Shown here: piece by piece, positions 20,058-30,585 of the stretch
How the letters are laid out: each line of letters starts with the position of its first letter
Numbering within the stretch: position 1 is the stretch's first letter
Source: Bacillota bacterium
GTDB taxonomy: Bacteria > Bacillota > Ch66 > Ch109
Direction of reading: 5' to 3'
Assembly: GCA_050952625.1 (NCBI GenBank)
Contig: JBMNLH010000001.1
Span: 992,001-1,056,000 of the forward strand
Length of the DNA stretch: 64,000 nucleotides
Made by a program: the position numbers and the translations under genes
Notes under the pieces: model-generated
The model's input: only the letters and a program-made list of their open reading frames with translations
What the model was told of the DNA's origin: nothing
Database searches by the model: none

Positions 20058-21310
20058 GAATCCTTTCGGTCAGCGAAGCAGTAGGCCGGATCCAGGGGTT
20101 ACTGTCAGAAGACAAAATCTTGAATAATTTATGGTTGCGCGGGGAGATTTCTAATTTTCGGGCACCTCGTTCTGGACATTGGTATTTTACTTTAAAAGAT
20201 TCTGTCAGTTCATTACGTTGTGTAATGTTTCGTTCCCGGGCGAACCGAACTGCTTTTCTACCGCAGGATGGACTAAGAGTCATTATTCGCGGCTATGTTT
20301 CTCTGTATGAACGGGATGGGACCCTGCAAATATATGTTGAGGAATTGCAGGCGGATGGCCTTGGCGCGCTTTGGCTAGCTTTTCAACAGTTGAAGGAGAA
20401 ATTGGCGGAAGAAGGGCTATTCGCACCGGCTAGAAAGCGAACTCTACCAGGATTCCCCAAGGTGATCGGGATTGTTACTTCTCCGACCGGGGCTGCTTTC
20501 CAGGATTTGCGCACAATTATTCATCGCCGTTGCCCCATAGCGAAGATTGTTCTGGCTCCAGCTTCAGTTCAAGGTCAGGAAGCTCCCCAGGAGATCGCGG
20601 CTGCTTTGTCTTGGTTGAATCAGCGGCCGGAGATAGAGGTCATTATCATTGGCCGAGGAGGCGGCTCCCTGGAGGAGCTGTGGGCTTTTAATACTGAGAT
20701 CGTGGCCCGGGCTGTTTTTGCTTCGCGAGTACCGGTAATTTCCGCCGTGGGACACGAGACTGATTACTCAATCACCGATTGGGTGGCTGATTATCGGGCC
20801 GCTACCCCATCAGCCGCGGCCGAAATAGTGGTGCCGGTATTAACAGAATTAACCACCCGACTGAGCACCTTGCAGAATCATTTAGGTCTCGCGATGACCA
20901 GATATCTACGAAGACAACGGGAACAAGTACAGCAGTTAGCAAACCGAAGAGTGTTGACCAATCCGCGCGTTTTTACAGAATTACGTAAAACTGAGCTTAA
21001 CCGAAAACAAAGAGAATTAAAGTTTTTCTTAAATCAACTGCTACAGAATAAGCGAACTAGGTTAGCGGCGGCAACTGATCAACTTATGGCCCTGAGTCCT
21101 TTAGGCGTCTTGGGGCGAGGGTATGCTATTTGCCGAAAACAGCCAACCCGGGAGTTGGTTCGATGTAGCACTCAGGTTGAGCTCGGGGATACGGTTGAGG
21201 TTTGCTTGAATCAGGGTTGGCTGATCTGTCAAGTTGAGGACAAGCAGAGCGGTACCGCAAGGTCGATTAGCGGCCATCATCACAATTGGCGACCGTTAGT
21301 GTCCGAGTAG
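20045..21310 (+). CDS. xseA: Exodeoxyribonuclease VII large subunit
   Basis: [33 protein letters not shown]. Confidence 0.97.
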   Translation: MHGLRILSVSEAVGRIQGLLSEDKILNNLWLRGEISNFRAPRSGHWYFTLKDSVSSLRCVMFRSRANRTAFLPQDGLRVIIRGYVSLYERDGTLQIYVEELQADGLGALWLAFQQLKEKLAEEGLFAPARKRTLPGFPKVIGIVTSPTGAAFQDLRTIIHRRCPIAKIVLAPASVQGQEAPQEIAAALSWLNQRPEIEVIIIGRGGGSLEELWAFNTEIVARAVFASRVPVISAVGHETDYSITDWVADYRAATPSAAAEIVVPVLTELTTRLSTLQNHLGLAMTRYLRRQREQVQQLANRRVLTNPRVFTELRKTELNRKQRELKFFLNQLLQNKRTRLAAATDQLMALSPLGVLGRGYAICRKQPTRELVRCSTQVELGDTVEVCLNQGWLICQVEDKQSGTARSISGHHHNWRPLVSE

Positions 21311-21345
21311 CTGTTCTTTGATTTTTGAGGGATTAAACATTATTT

Positions 21346-21384
21346 AGAGTAGTCTTTTAGAGTAGTCTTTTAGAGTAGTCTTTT
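21346..21384 (+). repeat. 13-bp tandem repeat, 3 copies
   Basis: (AGAGTAGTCTTTT)3, exact, between xseA and xseB. Confidence 0.95.
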
Positions 21385-21406
21385 CGAGAGTGAGGTCGGG
21401 GATTAA

Positions 21407-21649
21407 TTGGTAAAAACGCCGGAAAACTTGAGTTTTGAAGGGGCAATGACCCGCCTGGAAGAAATAGTAAAACAGTTGGAGCAGGGGGAGCTGTCCTTAG
21501 ATGAAGCTCTGGGGTGTTTCCAGGAAGGAGTCGGCCTGGTACGATTATGTAATAACCAACTCCGGTCTGTTGAAGGACAAGTCGAGATTTTAATGCAACA
21601 ACTAGAAGGCGAATCTGGGGAAGAAGGCAATACAGATGAAATGGATTGA
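21407..21649 (+). CDS. xseB: Exodeoxyribonuclease VII small subunit
   Basis: SFEGAMTRLEEIVKQLEQGELSLDEAL. Confidence 0.95.
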   Translation: MVKTPENLSFEGAMTRLEEIVKQLEQGELSLDEALGCFQEGVGLVRLCNNQLRSVEGQVEILMQQLEGESGEEGNTDEMD

Positions 21650-22532
21650 GCAGGAATTAGTGAGGCGAGCCCGGGAAATCGATCAAATGTTAACAGAGTT
21701 TTTACCCTCGGAGAATGGATATCCGCCAGTGATTCATCAGGCCATGCGTTATAGTGTATTGGCGGGAGGAAAAAGACTGCGGCCGATTCTGGTTATGGCA
21801 GCGGCGGAAGCGGTTGGCGGTAACTTACGTTCAGTACAACCAGTTGCCGTCGCGTTAGAATTTATTCATACTTATTCATTGATTCACGATGATCTTCCCG
21901 CAATGGATAACGATGATTTCCGCCGGGGGAAGCCGACCTGCCATAAGATTTTTGGCGAAGCTGCGGCTATCCTGGCCGGAGATGCCTTGCTTACCCTGGC
22001 TTTTGAGGTGCTGGCCAAAAGTGCTAGTACTTTTGGCAGCCCCCCTCCATCGGTTATTCTGCAGGTCATTCAAGAAGTGGCTCAGGCTGCTGGCACTTTA
22101 GGAATGATCGGAGGTCAGGTGGTTGATTTAGAGTCTGAGGGTCAACCAATTGATGAGGCTACTTTGGAGTATATCCATCGCCATAAGACCGGTGCCCTGA
22201 TCCGAGCCTCGGTCCGGGCTGGGGCTTTATTTAGCGGAGCAAATTCAGATGATCTGGCTGACTTAACCGAATATGCTGAGGATTTCGGACTGGCATTTCA
22301 AATTGCGGACGATATATTGGATGTGGTTGGTGATGAGCGTAAGCTAGGCAAACCAATTGGCAGTGATCTGCGGAATAAAAAGTCTACTTTTCCATCTCTT
22401 TATGGTTTAGAACAATCTCGTAAAATAGCTCAAGACAGTGTAACACGAGCGGTTGCTAGGTTAGTGCGGTTTGGCGGTCGGGCTAGATTCCTAAAAGAGT
22501 TAGTGGAACATGTAATCGAACGGGATAATTAA
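21636..22532 (+). CDS. ispA: Farnesyl/geranylgeranyl diphosphate synthase
   Basis: GGKRLRP, DDLPAMDNDDFRRGKPT, FQIADDILD. Confidence 0.96.
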   Translation: MKWIEQELVRRAREIDQMLTEFLPSENGYPPVIHQAMRYSVLAGGKRLRPILVMAAAEAVGGNLRSVQPVAVALEFIHTYSLIHDDLPAMDNDDFRRGKPTCHKIFGEAAAILAGDALLTLAFEVLAKSASTFGSPPPSVILQVIQEVAQAAGTLGMIGGQVVDLESEGQPIDEATLEYIHRHKTGALIRASVRAGALFSGANSDDLADLTEYAEDFGLAFQIADDILDVVGDERKLGKPIGSDLRNKKSTFPSLYGLEQSRKIAQDSVTRAVARLVRFGGRARFLKELVEHVIERDN

Positions 22533-22743
22533 ATCGAGATAATAAGAATATGAGATTAAATTGGCAGATAATGAGTATAAAGCGGTCAGTCACGTTATTC
22601 ACTGCTGATTTAAATTTATAGGCATAAGCATCTAATCTCAACCTGATGTTACTGAAAGAACGAGTATATTGAAGCACTAATGCGTTTGGAAAAGGGCGTT
22701 GTTGAGGTTTCATATTTAATGCGCAATTAAACTCAGAGTACCC

Positions 22744-22794
22744 TTGAATCATTCCAGGTAACCTTTGAATCATTATCAAACTGTATGCTATAAT
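22744..22794 (+). promoter_or_regulatory. SigmaA promoter of OLE RNA with upstream direct repeat
   Basis: TTGAAT(22765)-N18-TATAAT(22789) with extended -10 TG; TTGAATCATT is duplicated at 22744 and 22765. Confidence 0.65.
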
Positions 22795-22810
22795 TGGACC
22801 AAACGATAAT

Positions 22811-23397
22811 GTGGGTGGTGCAGTATTCTAGTCAGCCATCCAATCTTGAAGGCGGGCCTAAAAATCCGTCAAGGGCACATCGATGAAGTTCCTGGTGCTG
22901 GCTTGTGACGCCCAGTCAGGGGCTGGTACTGGGAAATAAGGGGGATGGGGCGATCTACAAGGGCATGTAGGCGTTGACCCCGCCTCCGTGGAGGCCCAAG
23001 TATGTGGTGACTGTCGAAAGGCAGAGCTATGGCTTGGTGTTGAACCTGCTCGTGGTGTGGTAGCTGCGTGCAGTGTAGCCTGCCTTGAGTGATGACGGTG
23101 GATACCAGGAGACCGGACCATTTAACCGAGGCCTAGGTTGAATGGCCCGGGGTTGAAACCGGCATTGCAAAAGAGGCTAGAGATTGGCTTGGTCTGTCGA
23201 GGAAAACTCCTAGACTGTGTACTCAGTACAGTTTCCTGGGGATTAAAGTGTGTACTAAGTGGTAATCCAGCCTTGATCTCGGTGACGAATCAAAGCTGAC
23301 TTAATGGGAAACCGCCAGAATGGCGACATTCTGGAGTCGAGCTGGGAAATCCTGCTGGACCTATGTCACAGCGTTTACCCAGGCAACGACCACCCAC
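22811..23397 (+). ncRNA. ole: OLE (ornate, large, extremophilic) RNA
   Basis: Terminal stem GTGGGTGGT (22811-19) pairs with ACCACCCAC (23389-97); segments I recognise as OLE-like (GTGCAGTATTCTAGTCAG, GAAGGCGGGCCTAAAAATCCG, GGGATTAAAGTGTGTACTAAGTGGTAATCCAG); ~590 nt; diagnostic ispA-ole-oapA-dxs-tlyA-ppnK-recN synteny. Confidence 0.93.
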
Positions 23398-23499
23398 CCA
23401 AATTTATTATTACCTGCTATTGATTATATTGTCCTTATTCATGGGCAATATATACTTTAATATTAGGACCGAAGCAGTAAATTTTCGGAGTGAATAGTA

Positions 23500-24135
23500 T
23501 TGGGAAGGAATCGAATTAGTTCCAATTACCCCAACTCCCGATCAAGCAGAACCCAAGTACTTAATTGGCTCCGTGGAGTTATGCTTATTTCTGGAGGCAC
23601 TTTTATTTTAGCCATTATTGTCAGTTTAGCCTCAGAGTTTTTTTTGCGGAGCGTTACTTCACTCCTTCTGGCTTTTCTAATTTTATTAACAATTATCTTA
23701 ATTGGCGTCGTGTTTGATGCAATCGGGGTAGCTGCCGCTGCTGCTCAGGAACCTCCTTTTCACGCTAAAGCAGCTGACCGGATTCGGGGAGCTTCGGAAG
23801 CGGTCCAATTAGTTCGGCGTGCTGATCGGGTATCTAGTTTCTGTAATGATGTAGTGGGCGATGTCTGCGGAACCATTAGTGGTGCAATCGGAGCAATGAT
23901 CGCCCTGCGTCTTTTATACATAAAACCAACCATGGGCGAAATGGCGGTCACGGTTGTCATGACCGGTTTGATCGCCGCGTTAACCGTCGGGGGTAAAGCA
24001 GCCGGAAAAACATTTGCGATTAACCAAGCCAATGATATTATTTTTCGGGTAGGGCAAACCATATCTTGGTTTAAAAGGATTACTGGCTGGTCAAGGGCTA
24101 TTGGCGGGAAAAGAGGTAAAAAAAGAACCAGGTGA
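23500..24135 (+). CDS. oapA: OLE-associated protein A (membrane protein)
   Basis: Four hydrophobic helices; [23 protein letters not shown] (DxxxD) and [12 protein letters not shown] motifs; directly downstream of OLE. Confidence 0.9.
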   Translation: MGRNRISSNYPNSRSSRTQVLNWLRGVMLISGGTFILAIIVSLASEFFLRSVTSLLLAFLILLTIILIGVVFDAIGVAAAAAQEPPFHAKAADRIRGASEAVQLVRRADRVSSFCNDVVGDVCGTISGAIGAMIALRLLYIKPTMGEMAVTVVMTGLIAALTVGGKAAGKTFAINQANDIIFRVGQTISWFKRITGWSRAIGGKRGKKRTR

Positions 24136-26063
24136 AAAAAGTGAGATTACTAGACACAATCAATCACCCCGAGGAATTAAAATCCTTGAATACAAATCAG
24201 TTAACCCAGCTAGCGAATGAAATCCGCGAAGAACTAGTGGCTACAGTTTCTAAAACCGGAGGACATTTAGCCCCCAATTTAGGGGTGGTCGAGTTAACCT
24301 TGGCTCTGCATCAGGTTTTTAATACACCACGGGATCAAATAGTTTGGGATGTGGGTCACCAAAGTTATGTTCATAAGCTGCTCACCGGACGGCGAACACA
24401 GTTTGCCACCTTGCGGCAACTGGGGGGGCTTAGCGGTTTTCCCAAGCGGACCGAGAGTGTCCACGATGCTTTCGGCACTGGCCACAGCAGCACCTCGATT
24501 TCAGCTGCCCTGGGATTAGCTTTAGCTAGGGATCTAAAATACGAACAACACCATGTCATTGCGGTTATTGGCGATGGAGCTTTAACTGGTGGAATGGCTT
24601 TTGAAGCCTTAAACCACGCTGGTCATCTCCGAACAAATTTAATCGTTGTTCTAAATGATAATGAAATGTCTATCGCCAATAATGTTGGTGCTCTGTCTCG
24701 CTACCTTAATCGCTTGCGGACTGAACCAGTATATTTTCGAAGCAAGGAAGAGGTAGAGTCCCTGCTCAGGCGGATTCCCAAAATTGGGACCCGAGTCCTA
24801 TCCGCGGTTGATCGATTCAAGGATGCCGTCAAGTACCTAGTAGTACCAGGTGTTTTATTTGAGGAATTAGGGTTTACTTACCTAGGGCCGATTGACGGGC
24901 ACAATCTGCCGGCGGTCCGGGATATACTGAAAAATGCTAAACAGGTCGAGGGACCAGTCCTTGTTCATTTGTTGACTAAAAAAGGTAAGGGCTATGGCCC
25001 GGCTGAACGAAACCCGGATAAGTATCATGGGATCGGGCCGTTTAATATTGCCAACGGACAGCCTCAAGCAGGTGCAAACAAGCCTTCTTATACCGAGATT
25101 TTTGGTCAGACTTTAGTCCGGCAGGCCGAACAGGATAAGCGGGTTTTGGCGATAACTGCAGCTATGCCGAGTGGAACTGGCCTGGAAGAGTTTGCCCGTC
25201 GGTTTCCAGAGCGCTTTTTTGATGTTGGTATAGCCGAACAACATGCTGTTACCTTGGCGGCCGGCTTAGCTTGTCAGGGATTTCGACCAGTGGTGGCGGT
25301 TTATTCGACTTTCCTCCAACGCGCTTATGACCAAGTGATGCACGATGTTTGCCTGCAAAATTTACCAGTCGTGTTAGCCATTGATCGCGCTGGCTTGGTG
25401 GGCGAAGATGGTGCTACCCATCAAGGTATTTTCGATATTGCTTTTCTGCGCCATATTCCAAATTTGACCATTATGGCTCCCAAGGATGAGAATGAACTAC
25501 AACATTGTTTAGAAACAGCTAGGGGGATAAACGGGCCAGTTGCGGTACGTTATCCACGGGGAGCCGGTCGAGGCATCCAGTTAGACTCTGAATTTCAGTC
25601 TTTGACCATCGGCCAGGCTGAGGTAATTAGAGATGGCCAGGATTTGGTGATTATTGCTGTCGGGCCAATGGTCTATACCGCAGTAAACGCCGCGATGATC
25701 TTAGAAGAGCAGGGACGGAGCGTCGCGGTGATTAATGCCCGATTTGTTAAGCCGCTTGACGAAGCACTTATTCTACATTATGCTCTCAAGACTCAACGCC
25801 TGATAACCCTGGAGGAGCACTGTTTAGCCGGCGGTTTTGGCAGTGCGGTTGCGGAACTGATTAATCGCCAAAGCAGAACCTGGAAACCGGAATATTCTCC
25901 AGAGCTGTTACATTTGGGAATTCCGGATGAGTTTGTTGAACATGGTTCGCCCGACAGCTTACGTGAGATATATGGTTTAACTCCTTCTGGAATAGTCCAG
26001 GCGATAAACGAACGGTGGCCTGAACGTCGGCGTTTAAGAGCTGCCGGAGCTATTCGATCATGA
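24132..26063 (+). CDS. dxs: 1-deoxy-D-xylulose-5-phosphate synthase
   Basis: [46 protein letters not shown]. Confidence 0.98.
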   Translation: MKKVRLLDTINHPEELKSLNTNQLTQLANEIREELVATVSKTGGHLAPNLGVVELTLALHQVFNTPRDQIVWDVGHQSYVHKLLTGRRTQFATLRQLGGLSGFPKRTESVHDAFGTGHSSTSISAALGLALARDLKYEQHHVIAVIGDGALTGGMAFEALNHAGHLRTNLIVVLNDNEMSIANNVGALSRYLNRLRTEPVYFRSKEEVESLLRRIPKIGTRVLSAVDRFKDAVKYLVVPGVLFEELGFTYLGPIDGHNLPAVRDILKNAKQVEGPVLVHLLTKKGKGYGPAERNPDKYHGIGPFNIANGQPQAGANKPSYTEIFGQTLVRQAEQDKRVLAITAAMPSGTGLEEFARRFPERFFDVGIAEQHAVTLAAGLACQGFRPVVAVYSTFLQRAYDQVMHDVCLQNLPVVLAIDRAGLVGEDGATHQGIFDIAFLRHIPNLTIMAPKDENELQHCLETARGINGPVAVRYPRGAGRGIQLDSEFQSLTIGQAEVIRDGQDLVIIAVGPMVYTAVNAAMILEEQGRSVAVINARFVKPLDEALILHYALKTQRLITLEEHCLAGGFGSAVAELINRQSRTWKPEYSPELLHLGIPDEFVEHGSPDSLREIYGLTPSGIVQAINERWPERRRLRAAGAIRS

Positions 26064-26076
26064 CTTTAATTTTTGA

Positions 26077-26916
26077 GTGATGAAGATGAAAAAAGAAAAA
26101 AAGAGATTAGATATAATTTTGGTTGAGCAGGGATTATTTGAGAGTAGAGAAAAAGCCCGGGCGGCAATTATGGCTGGCCGGGTTTTAGTTAATGGTCAGC
26201 CGGCCAATAAGGCGGGGGCCCAGTTTCCTAATGATGCTTTAATCCGTCTTCGAGGTGAAGATCCACCTTTTGTTAGTCGAGGCGGACTAAAATTGGCTAA
26301 AGCTTTAGCTGTATTCCCGGTTAGCTTGAAGGATAAGGTGGTTCTAGATATTGGGGCTTCAACCGGTGGGTTTACCGATTGTGCCCTGCAAAATGGGGCG
26401 GCCTGTGTGGTGGCGATTGATGTGGGTTATGGGCAATTAGCTTGGTCCTTACGCCAAGATCCCCGAGTGGTGTGTCTGGAAAGGACAAATATCCGCTACC
26501 TAATGCCGGATCGACTAGCACTTAAAGGAGACATCGGGACGATTGACGTCTCCTTTATTTCATTAAACAAAGTCTTACCCAGTGTGAAGCGGTTGTTAAA
26601 AACTGAGGGTCAGGTAATTGCCCTGATTAAGCCCCAGTTTGAGGCAGGCCCAGATAAAGTAGGTAAAAAAGGGGTAGTAAAAGACCCGGTAATCCACCAA
26701 GAAGTAATCTTGAGAGTCATCAGCACCGCCCAGGAACAAGGGTTTACTGTGAAAGGTTTAAGTTTCTCACCTCTGTTGGGGCCGGAAGGAAATATTGAGT
26801 ATCTGATCTGGTTAGCAGTAAAGCAACCAACGGACAGTAACGAGGAGAATTATCTGTTTCTTGAGGAAGAGGTTAAAAAAGTTGTCCATCAGGCACATAG
26901 CAGCTTAATAAAGTAA
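26077..26916 (+). CDS. tlyA: TlyA-family rRNA 2'-O-methyltransferase (YqxC)
   Basis: S4 domain, FVSRGGLKL, DIGASTGGFTD, LIKPQFE, GNIEYL. Confidence 0.95.
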   Translation: MMKMKKEKKRLDIILVEQGLFESREKARAAIMAGRVLVNGQPANKAGAQFPNDALIRLRGEDPPFVSRGGLKLAKALAVFPVSLKDKVVLDIGASTGGFTDCALQNGAACVVAIDVGYGQLAWSLRQDPRVVCLERTNIRYLMPDRLALKGDIGTIDVSFISLNKVLPSVKRLLKTEGQVIALIKPQFEAGPDKVGKKGVVKDPVIHQEVILRVISTAQEQGFTVKGLSFSPLLGPEGNIEYLIWLAVKQPTDSNEENYLFLEEEVKKVVHQAHSSLIK

Positions 26917-26990
26917 AATTAAACAATGATGCGCGTTGTGTTTTTGTGAAGCTTCGCGATTAGTCTTTCAGATTATATCTTTTAGAAAGT

Positions 26991-27060
26991 AAATAACACG
27001 TATATTGATGTTTGTGTTTTTTTCGTTGGTGGTTGTGCCTAACAGGCATGAGCGATTAAT
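26991..27060 (-). repeat. Dispersed repeat family A, copy 3
   Basis: Reverse complement ATTAATCGCTCATGCCTGTTAGGCACAACCACCAACGAAAAAAACAC...CGTGTTATTT. Confidence 0.8.
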
Positions 27061-27108
27061 AAAAAAAGAGAACTCCAGGTCGCTAGGAAGAGGGACTTAG
27101 CAAACAGT

Positions 27109-28012
27109 ATGAACAATAACAATAGTTTAAAAATAAAAAAAGAAAAACCCGTAAAAAAGGTCGGAATAATTCATAACCACCAGAAGCCGGGCGGACAAGC
27201 GTTAGCCCGGGAACTTCAGGCTTGGTTTAACTCTCGTGGTGTAGAAGTCCGTATACCGGCAAATTCTAGCCAAGAACCTGAGCTGGTGTATCCAACATTC
27301 AGTAATGGGGATTTTTATGTTGGACTAGATTGCCTGGTGGTCATGGGAGGAGATGGAACTTTATTAAGGGCTGCTCGAGCGATGGATGATCTGAGCATTC
27401 CAATTCTTGGGGTTAATTTAGGTAATTTGGGTTTTTTAACCGAGGTCGAACTATCAGATATTTACCCTTATCTTGAAAGATTAGTAACCGGAGACTATGA
27501 GATTGAAGAAAGAATGATGCTGGAATCCCAGGTGGTTCATCAGGGACGGATTGTTGATACCTCGCGGGCCCTTAAATGATGTCGTAGTAGGTAAAGGACC
27601 ATTATCCCGAATTATTACTCTTGATACCTATATTGATGAGCATTATTTTGCAACATTTAGCGGTGATGGTCTGATTATTTCCACCCCTACCGGTTCCACC
27701 GCTTACTCCCTCTCAGCCGGCGGACCGATTGTCAGTCCAGCGGTGGAGATGATTCTGTTAACCCCTATTTGTCCTCATACTTTTTATTCACGTCCAGTAG
27801 TGATCGCGCCGACGCAGCGAATAAGGATTATTATCAGGCCTCGTTTTGATGTGGTATCATTTACTGTTGATGGTCAACACGGTTTTAGTCTTCAGGCTAA
27901 TGATGAAATTATTGTCTCTCGTTCCACCTGTCGGACACGACTAATTAAGGTAAGAGGTCGGCATTTTTTTGATGTGATTAGAGAAAAAATGGGACTTACT
28001 AATCTACTGTAG
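27109..28012 (+). pseudogene. ppnK: NAD kinase split by a single-base frameshift (or sequencing error)
   Basis: GGDGT and GNLGFL in the first ORF; DGLIISTPTGSTAYSLSAGGP in the second; the conserved ALND motif is broken at GCC CTT AAA TGA (27568-27579). Confidence 0.88.
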
Positions 28013-28037
28013 TTACACAGAAAATTGGGGTGGATTA

Positions 28038-28607
28038 ATGCGGTTTTTGAAAAATCCAGTTATTTTAGCTCAGCATCTACTCCGCGAGATTCTTAGACCT
28101 GGAGGAAGAGCGATTGATGCCACTGCTGGCAATGGGCAGGATACCGTTTTTTTGGCTAGTGTAGTGGGGAATGACGGGGAAGTGTTTGCCTTTGATACCC
28201 AGCCTCTGGCCATTCATCGGACCGCGGAGCGGCTTAAACAAGCCGGCATAGAGACACGAGTTTACCTGATAAACGCCGGACATGAAAAAATGAAGGATTA
28301 TGTCCACGGTTTATTTCAGGCAGTAATGTTTAATCTCGGTTATCTACCGGGAGCCGGGAAGCAGTTTGCGACCCGACCGGAAACCACCGTCCCGGCGTTA
28401 CAGCAGGCAGTAGAATTATTAACTCCCGGAGGAATCCTGACGGTCGTAATCTATGTTGGGCATCCGGGAGCCCTAGAAGAACAAAAAGCCGTGGAGGAAT
28501 GGGCTGCTTCCCTCCCGCAGGACAAGTGGGATGTTATCAGATGTGATTACCCCAATCGAATTAATGATCCCCCCTATCTGCTGGTAGTTCAGCGGGTAGA
28601 TCTTTAA
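28038..28607 (+). CDS. Class I SAM-dependent methyltransferase (YtqB/MnmM-like)
   Basis: IDATAGNGQDT, MFNLGYLPG, YVGHPG..EE. Confidence 0.85.
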   Translation: MRFLKNPVILAQHLLREILRPGGRAIDATAGNGQDTVFLASVVGNDGEVFAFDTQPLAIHRTAERLKQAGIETRVYLINAGHEKMKDYVHGLFQAVMFNLGYLPGAGKQFATRPETTVPALQQAVELLTPGGILTVVIYVGHPGALEEQKAVEEWAASLPQDKWDVIRCDYPNRINDPPYLLVVQRVDL

Positions 28608-28642
28608 TTGTGTATTATTGTGTACTAGAGCCATGAGAGGGT

Positions 28643-30340
28643 GTGTCTATGCTTTGGGAATTGAGCATCCACAATTTTGCTTTAATTGAAGATCTGACAA
28701 TAGAATTTGGTCCAGGACTTAACGTTCTGACTGGAGAGACTGGGGCTGGCAAATCAATCATTGTTGATGCAGTAAGCCTGGTATTAGGGGGGAGGGCTTC
28801 GACCGATTTTATTCGCGAACCGGCAGAAAAGGCCCGGATAGAGGGTGTATTCGAACTACCGTTAGTTGAGACTCTTGGGCACACCCTAGAAGAATTAGGT
28901 GTTGAGGTTGGTGAAGATAAAACCCTAGTGATGTCCAGGGAGATATCACGCAACGGGCGAAATCTTTGCCGGATTAATGGTCGGACGATGACTCTAAGCA
29001 ATTATCGCCGTGTTGGTCAGTATTTGATTGATTTGCACGGCCAGCATGAACATCAATCTTTACTTAACCCAGAACGGCATTTGGAGCTTCTGGATAGTTT
29101 TGCTGGAGAAGAACTGCTTACTCTTCGAGAACAAGTTCAAGCTCGGTATCGGGAACTTCAGACCGTGCTCAGAGACCTCAATCACTGGCAAAAAAAGAAG
29201 CAAGAGATTGACCAACGTCAGGATTTATTGATGTTTCAAGTGCAAGAAATTGAATCAGCTAATTTAGCAGCTGGGGAAGAAGATGAACTGCAGCAAGAAA
29301 AAACTATTCTGCAGAATGCCGAAAAATTAGTAAACGGTGTAGCTAAGGCTTATCAGTGTACTTATGGGGGCACTTCTCAGCAGACCTCAGCTTTTGACCT
29401 CCTTAGTCAAGCAATAAACGAACTCAGATCACTGGGTAATCTTGATCCAACGCTGCTACCGATCATATATAACCTGGAAACTGCTCTTTATCAGGCGGAA
29501 GAGGCGGCTCATGAATTACGACGATACTTGGATCGGATTGAAGCAGACCCTGACCGTCTGGAAATAATTAACGAGAGATTAAACTTAATCCGTCAATTAA
29601 AACGAAAATACGGTAATTCAATTGAAGAAATTAGGCAGTATGGTCAGGAGATCGCTAAAGAGCTTGAAGAAGTAACCGGTTATGGCAACCGGATTGATGA
29701 GTTTCAGCAAAAGCAGGTTCACCTTGAAGAGGAGTATCGGACACTAGCCCGTAGCCTTTCCGAACGACGGAAGCAAGTAGCGACGGTCTTGGCAGAGGGG
29801 ATAAATCAAGGGCTGGGTTTTTTGGGCATGTCCAGTGCTCAATTTACTATTGATTTTCAATGGCGAGAGCAGCCGGCGGTAAACGGACAGGACGAAATAG
29901 AATTCCTATTATCCCCGAATCCAGGGGAACCCCTCAAACCACTGGCGCGGATCGCCTCCGGTGGAGAGCTATCGCGAATTATGCTTGTCTTAAAAACTTT
30001 ATTAGCTCAAGCTGATCGGATACCAACATTGATTTTTGATGAAATCGACACTGGTATCGGTGGCCGGACGTTGGAAGCAGTAGCGATTCGTTTGAGTGAA
30101 GTAGCCATTTCCCATCAGGTTATTTGTGTTACTCATGCGGCGCAAATTGCTAGTCGGGCCGATGCCCATTTGTTTATAGAAAAAAAAGTATCGGAAGGGC
30201 GGACCCATACCCAGACCTCCCGCTTATCGGCAGAAGAGCGAATTACGGAGATTTCACGAATGTTGGGTGGAAACACAGATAGTCCGGTTAGCCGCAAACA
30301 TGCAATCGAAATGTTGAAACGAGCTCGTGGACGGAAATAA
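28643..30340 (+). CDS. recN: DNA repair protein RecN
   Basis: LTGETGAGKS, ASGGELSR, FDEIDTG, VTH. Confidence 0.97.
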   Translation: MSMLWELSIHNFALIEDLTIEFGPGLNVLTGETGAGKSIIVDAVSLVLGGRASTDFIREPAEKARIEGVFELPLVETLGHTLEELGVEVGEDKTLVMSREISRNGRNLCRINGRTMTLSNYRRVGQYLIDLHGQHEHQSLLNPERHLELLDSFAGEELLTLREQVQARYRELQTVLRDLNHWQKKKQEIDQRQDLLMFQVQEIESANLAAGEEDELQQEKTILQNAEKLVNGVAKAYQCTYGGTSQQTSAFDLLSQAINELRSLGNLDPTLLPIIYNLETALYQAEEAAHELRRYLDRIEADPDRLEIINERLNLIRQLKRKYGNSIEEIRQYGQEIAKELEEVTGYGNRIDEFQQKQVHLEEEYRTLARSLSERRKQVATVLAEGINQGLGFLGMSSAQFTIDFQWREQPAVNGQDEIEFLLSPNPGEPLKPLARIASGGELSRIMLVLKTLLAQADRIPTLIFDEIDTGIGGRTLEAVAIRLSEVAISHQVICVTHAAQIASRADAHLFIEKKVSEGRTHTQTSRLSAEERITEISRMLGGNTDSPVSRKHAIEMLKRARGRK

Positions 30341-30585
30341 TATTATAAAAATTATTCTCTGCTAAACTATTAATTTTTATTATTCCCAATAACTGGCATG
30401 GCTTAGGGAAGTGGAGATATTACATAAAATCGCGAGCTGGAGAATATCAGCCACAAAATACAGATTTTCATCAACATAAATGATATAAATCGGGGAAAAT
30501 TAAGGTTGGCTAATAAAAAAATTTAGAAGGAGGTTGTAATAAAGAATTTTCTCTAAAAAATAGCGACAGGAGTGGCTGGTAACAT

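Noticed and set aside
22858-23121. 87-aa minus-strand ORF
   Set aside because: Lies antisense within the OLE RNA, has low-complexity composition and no RBS; spurious.
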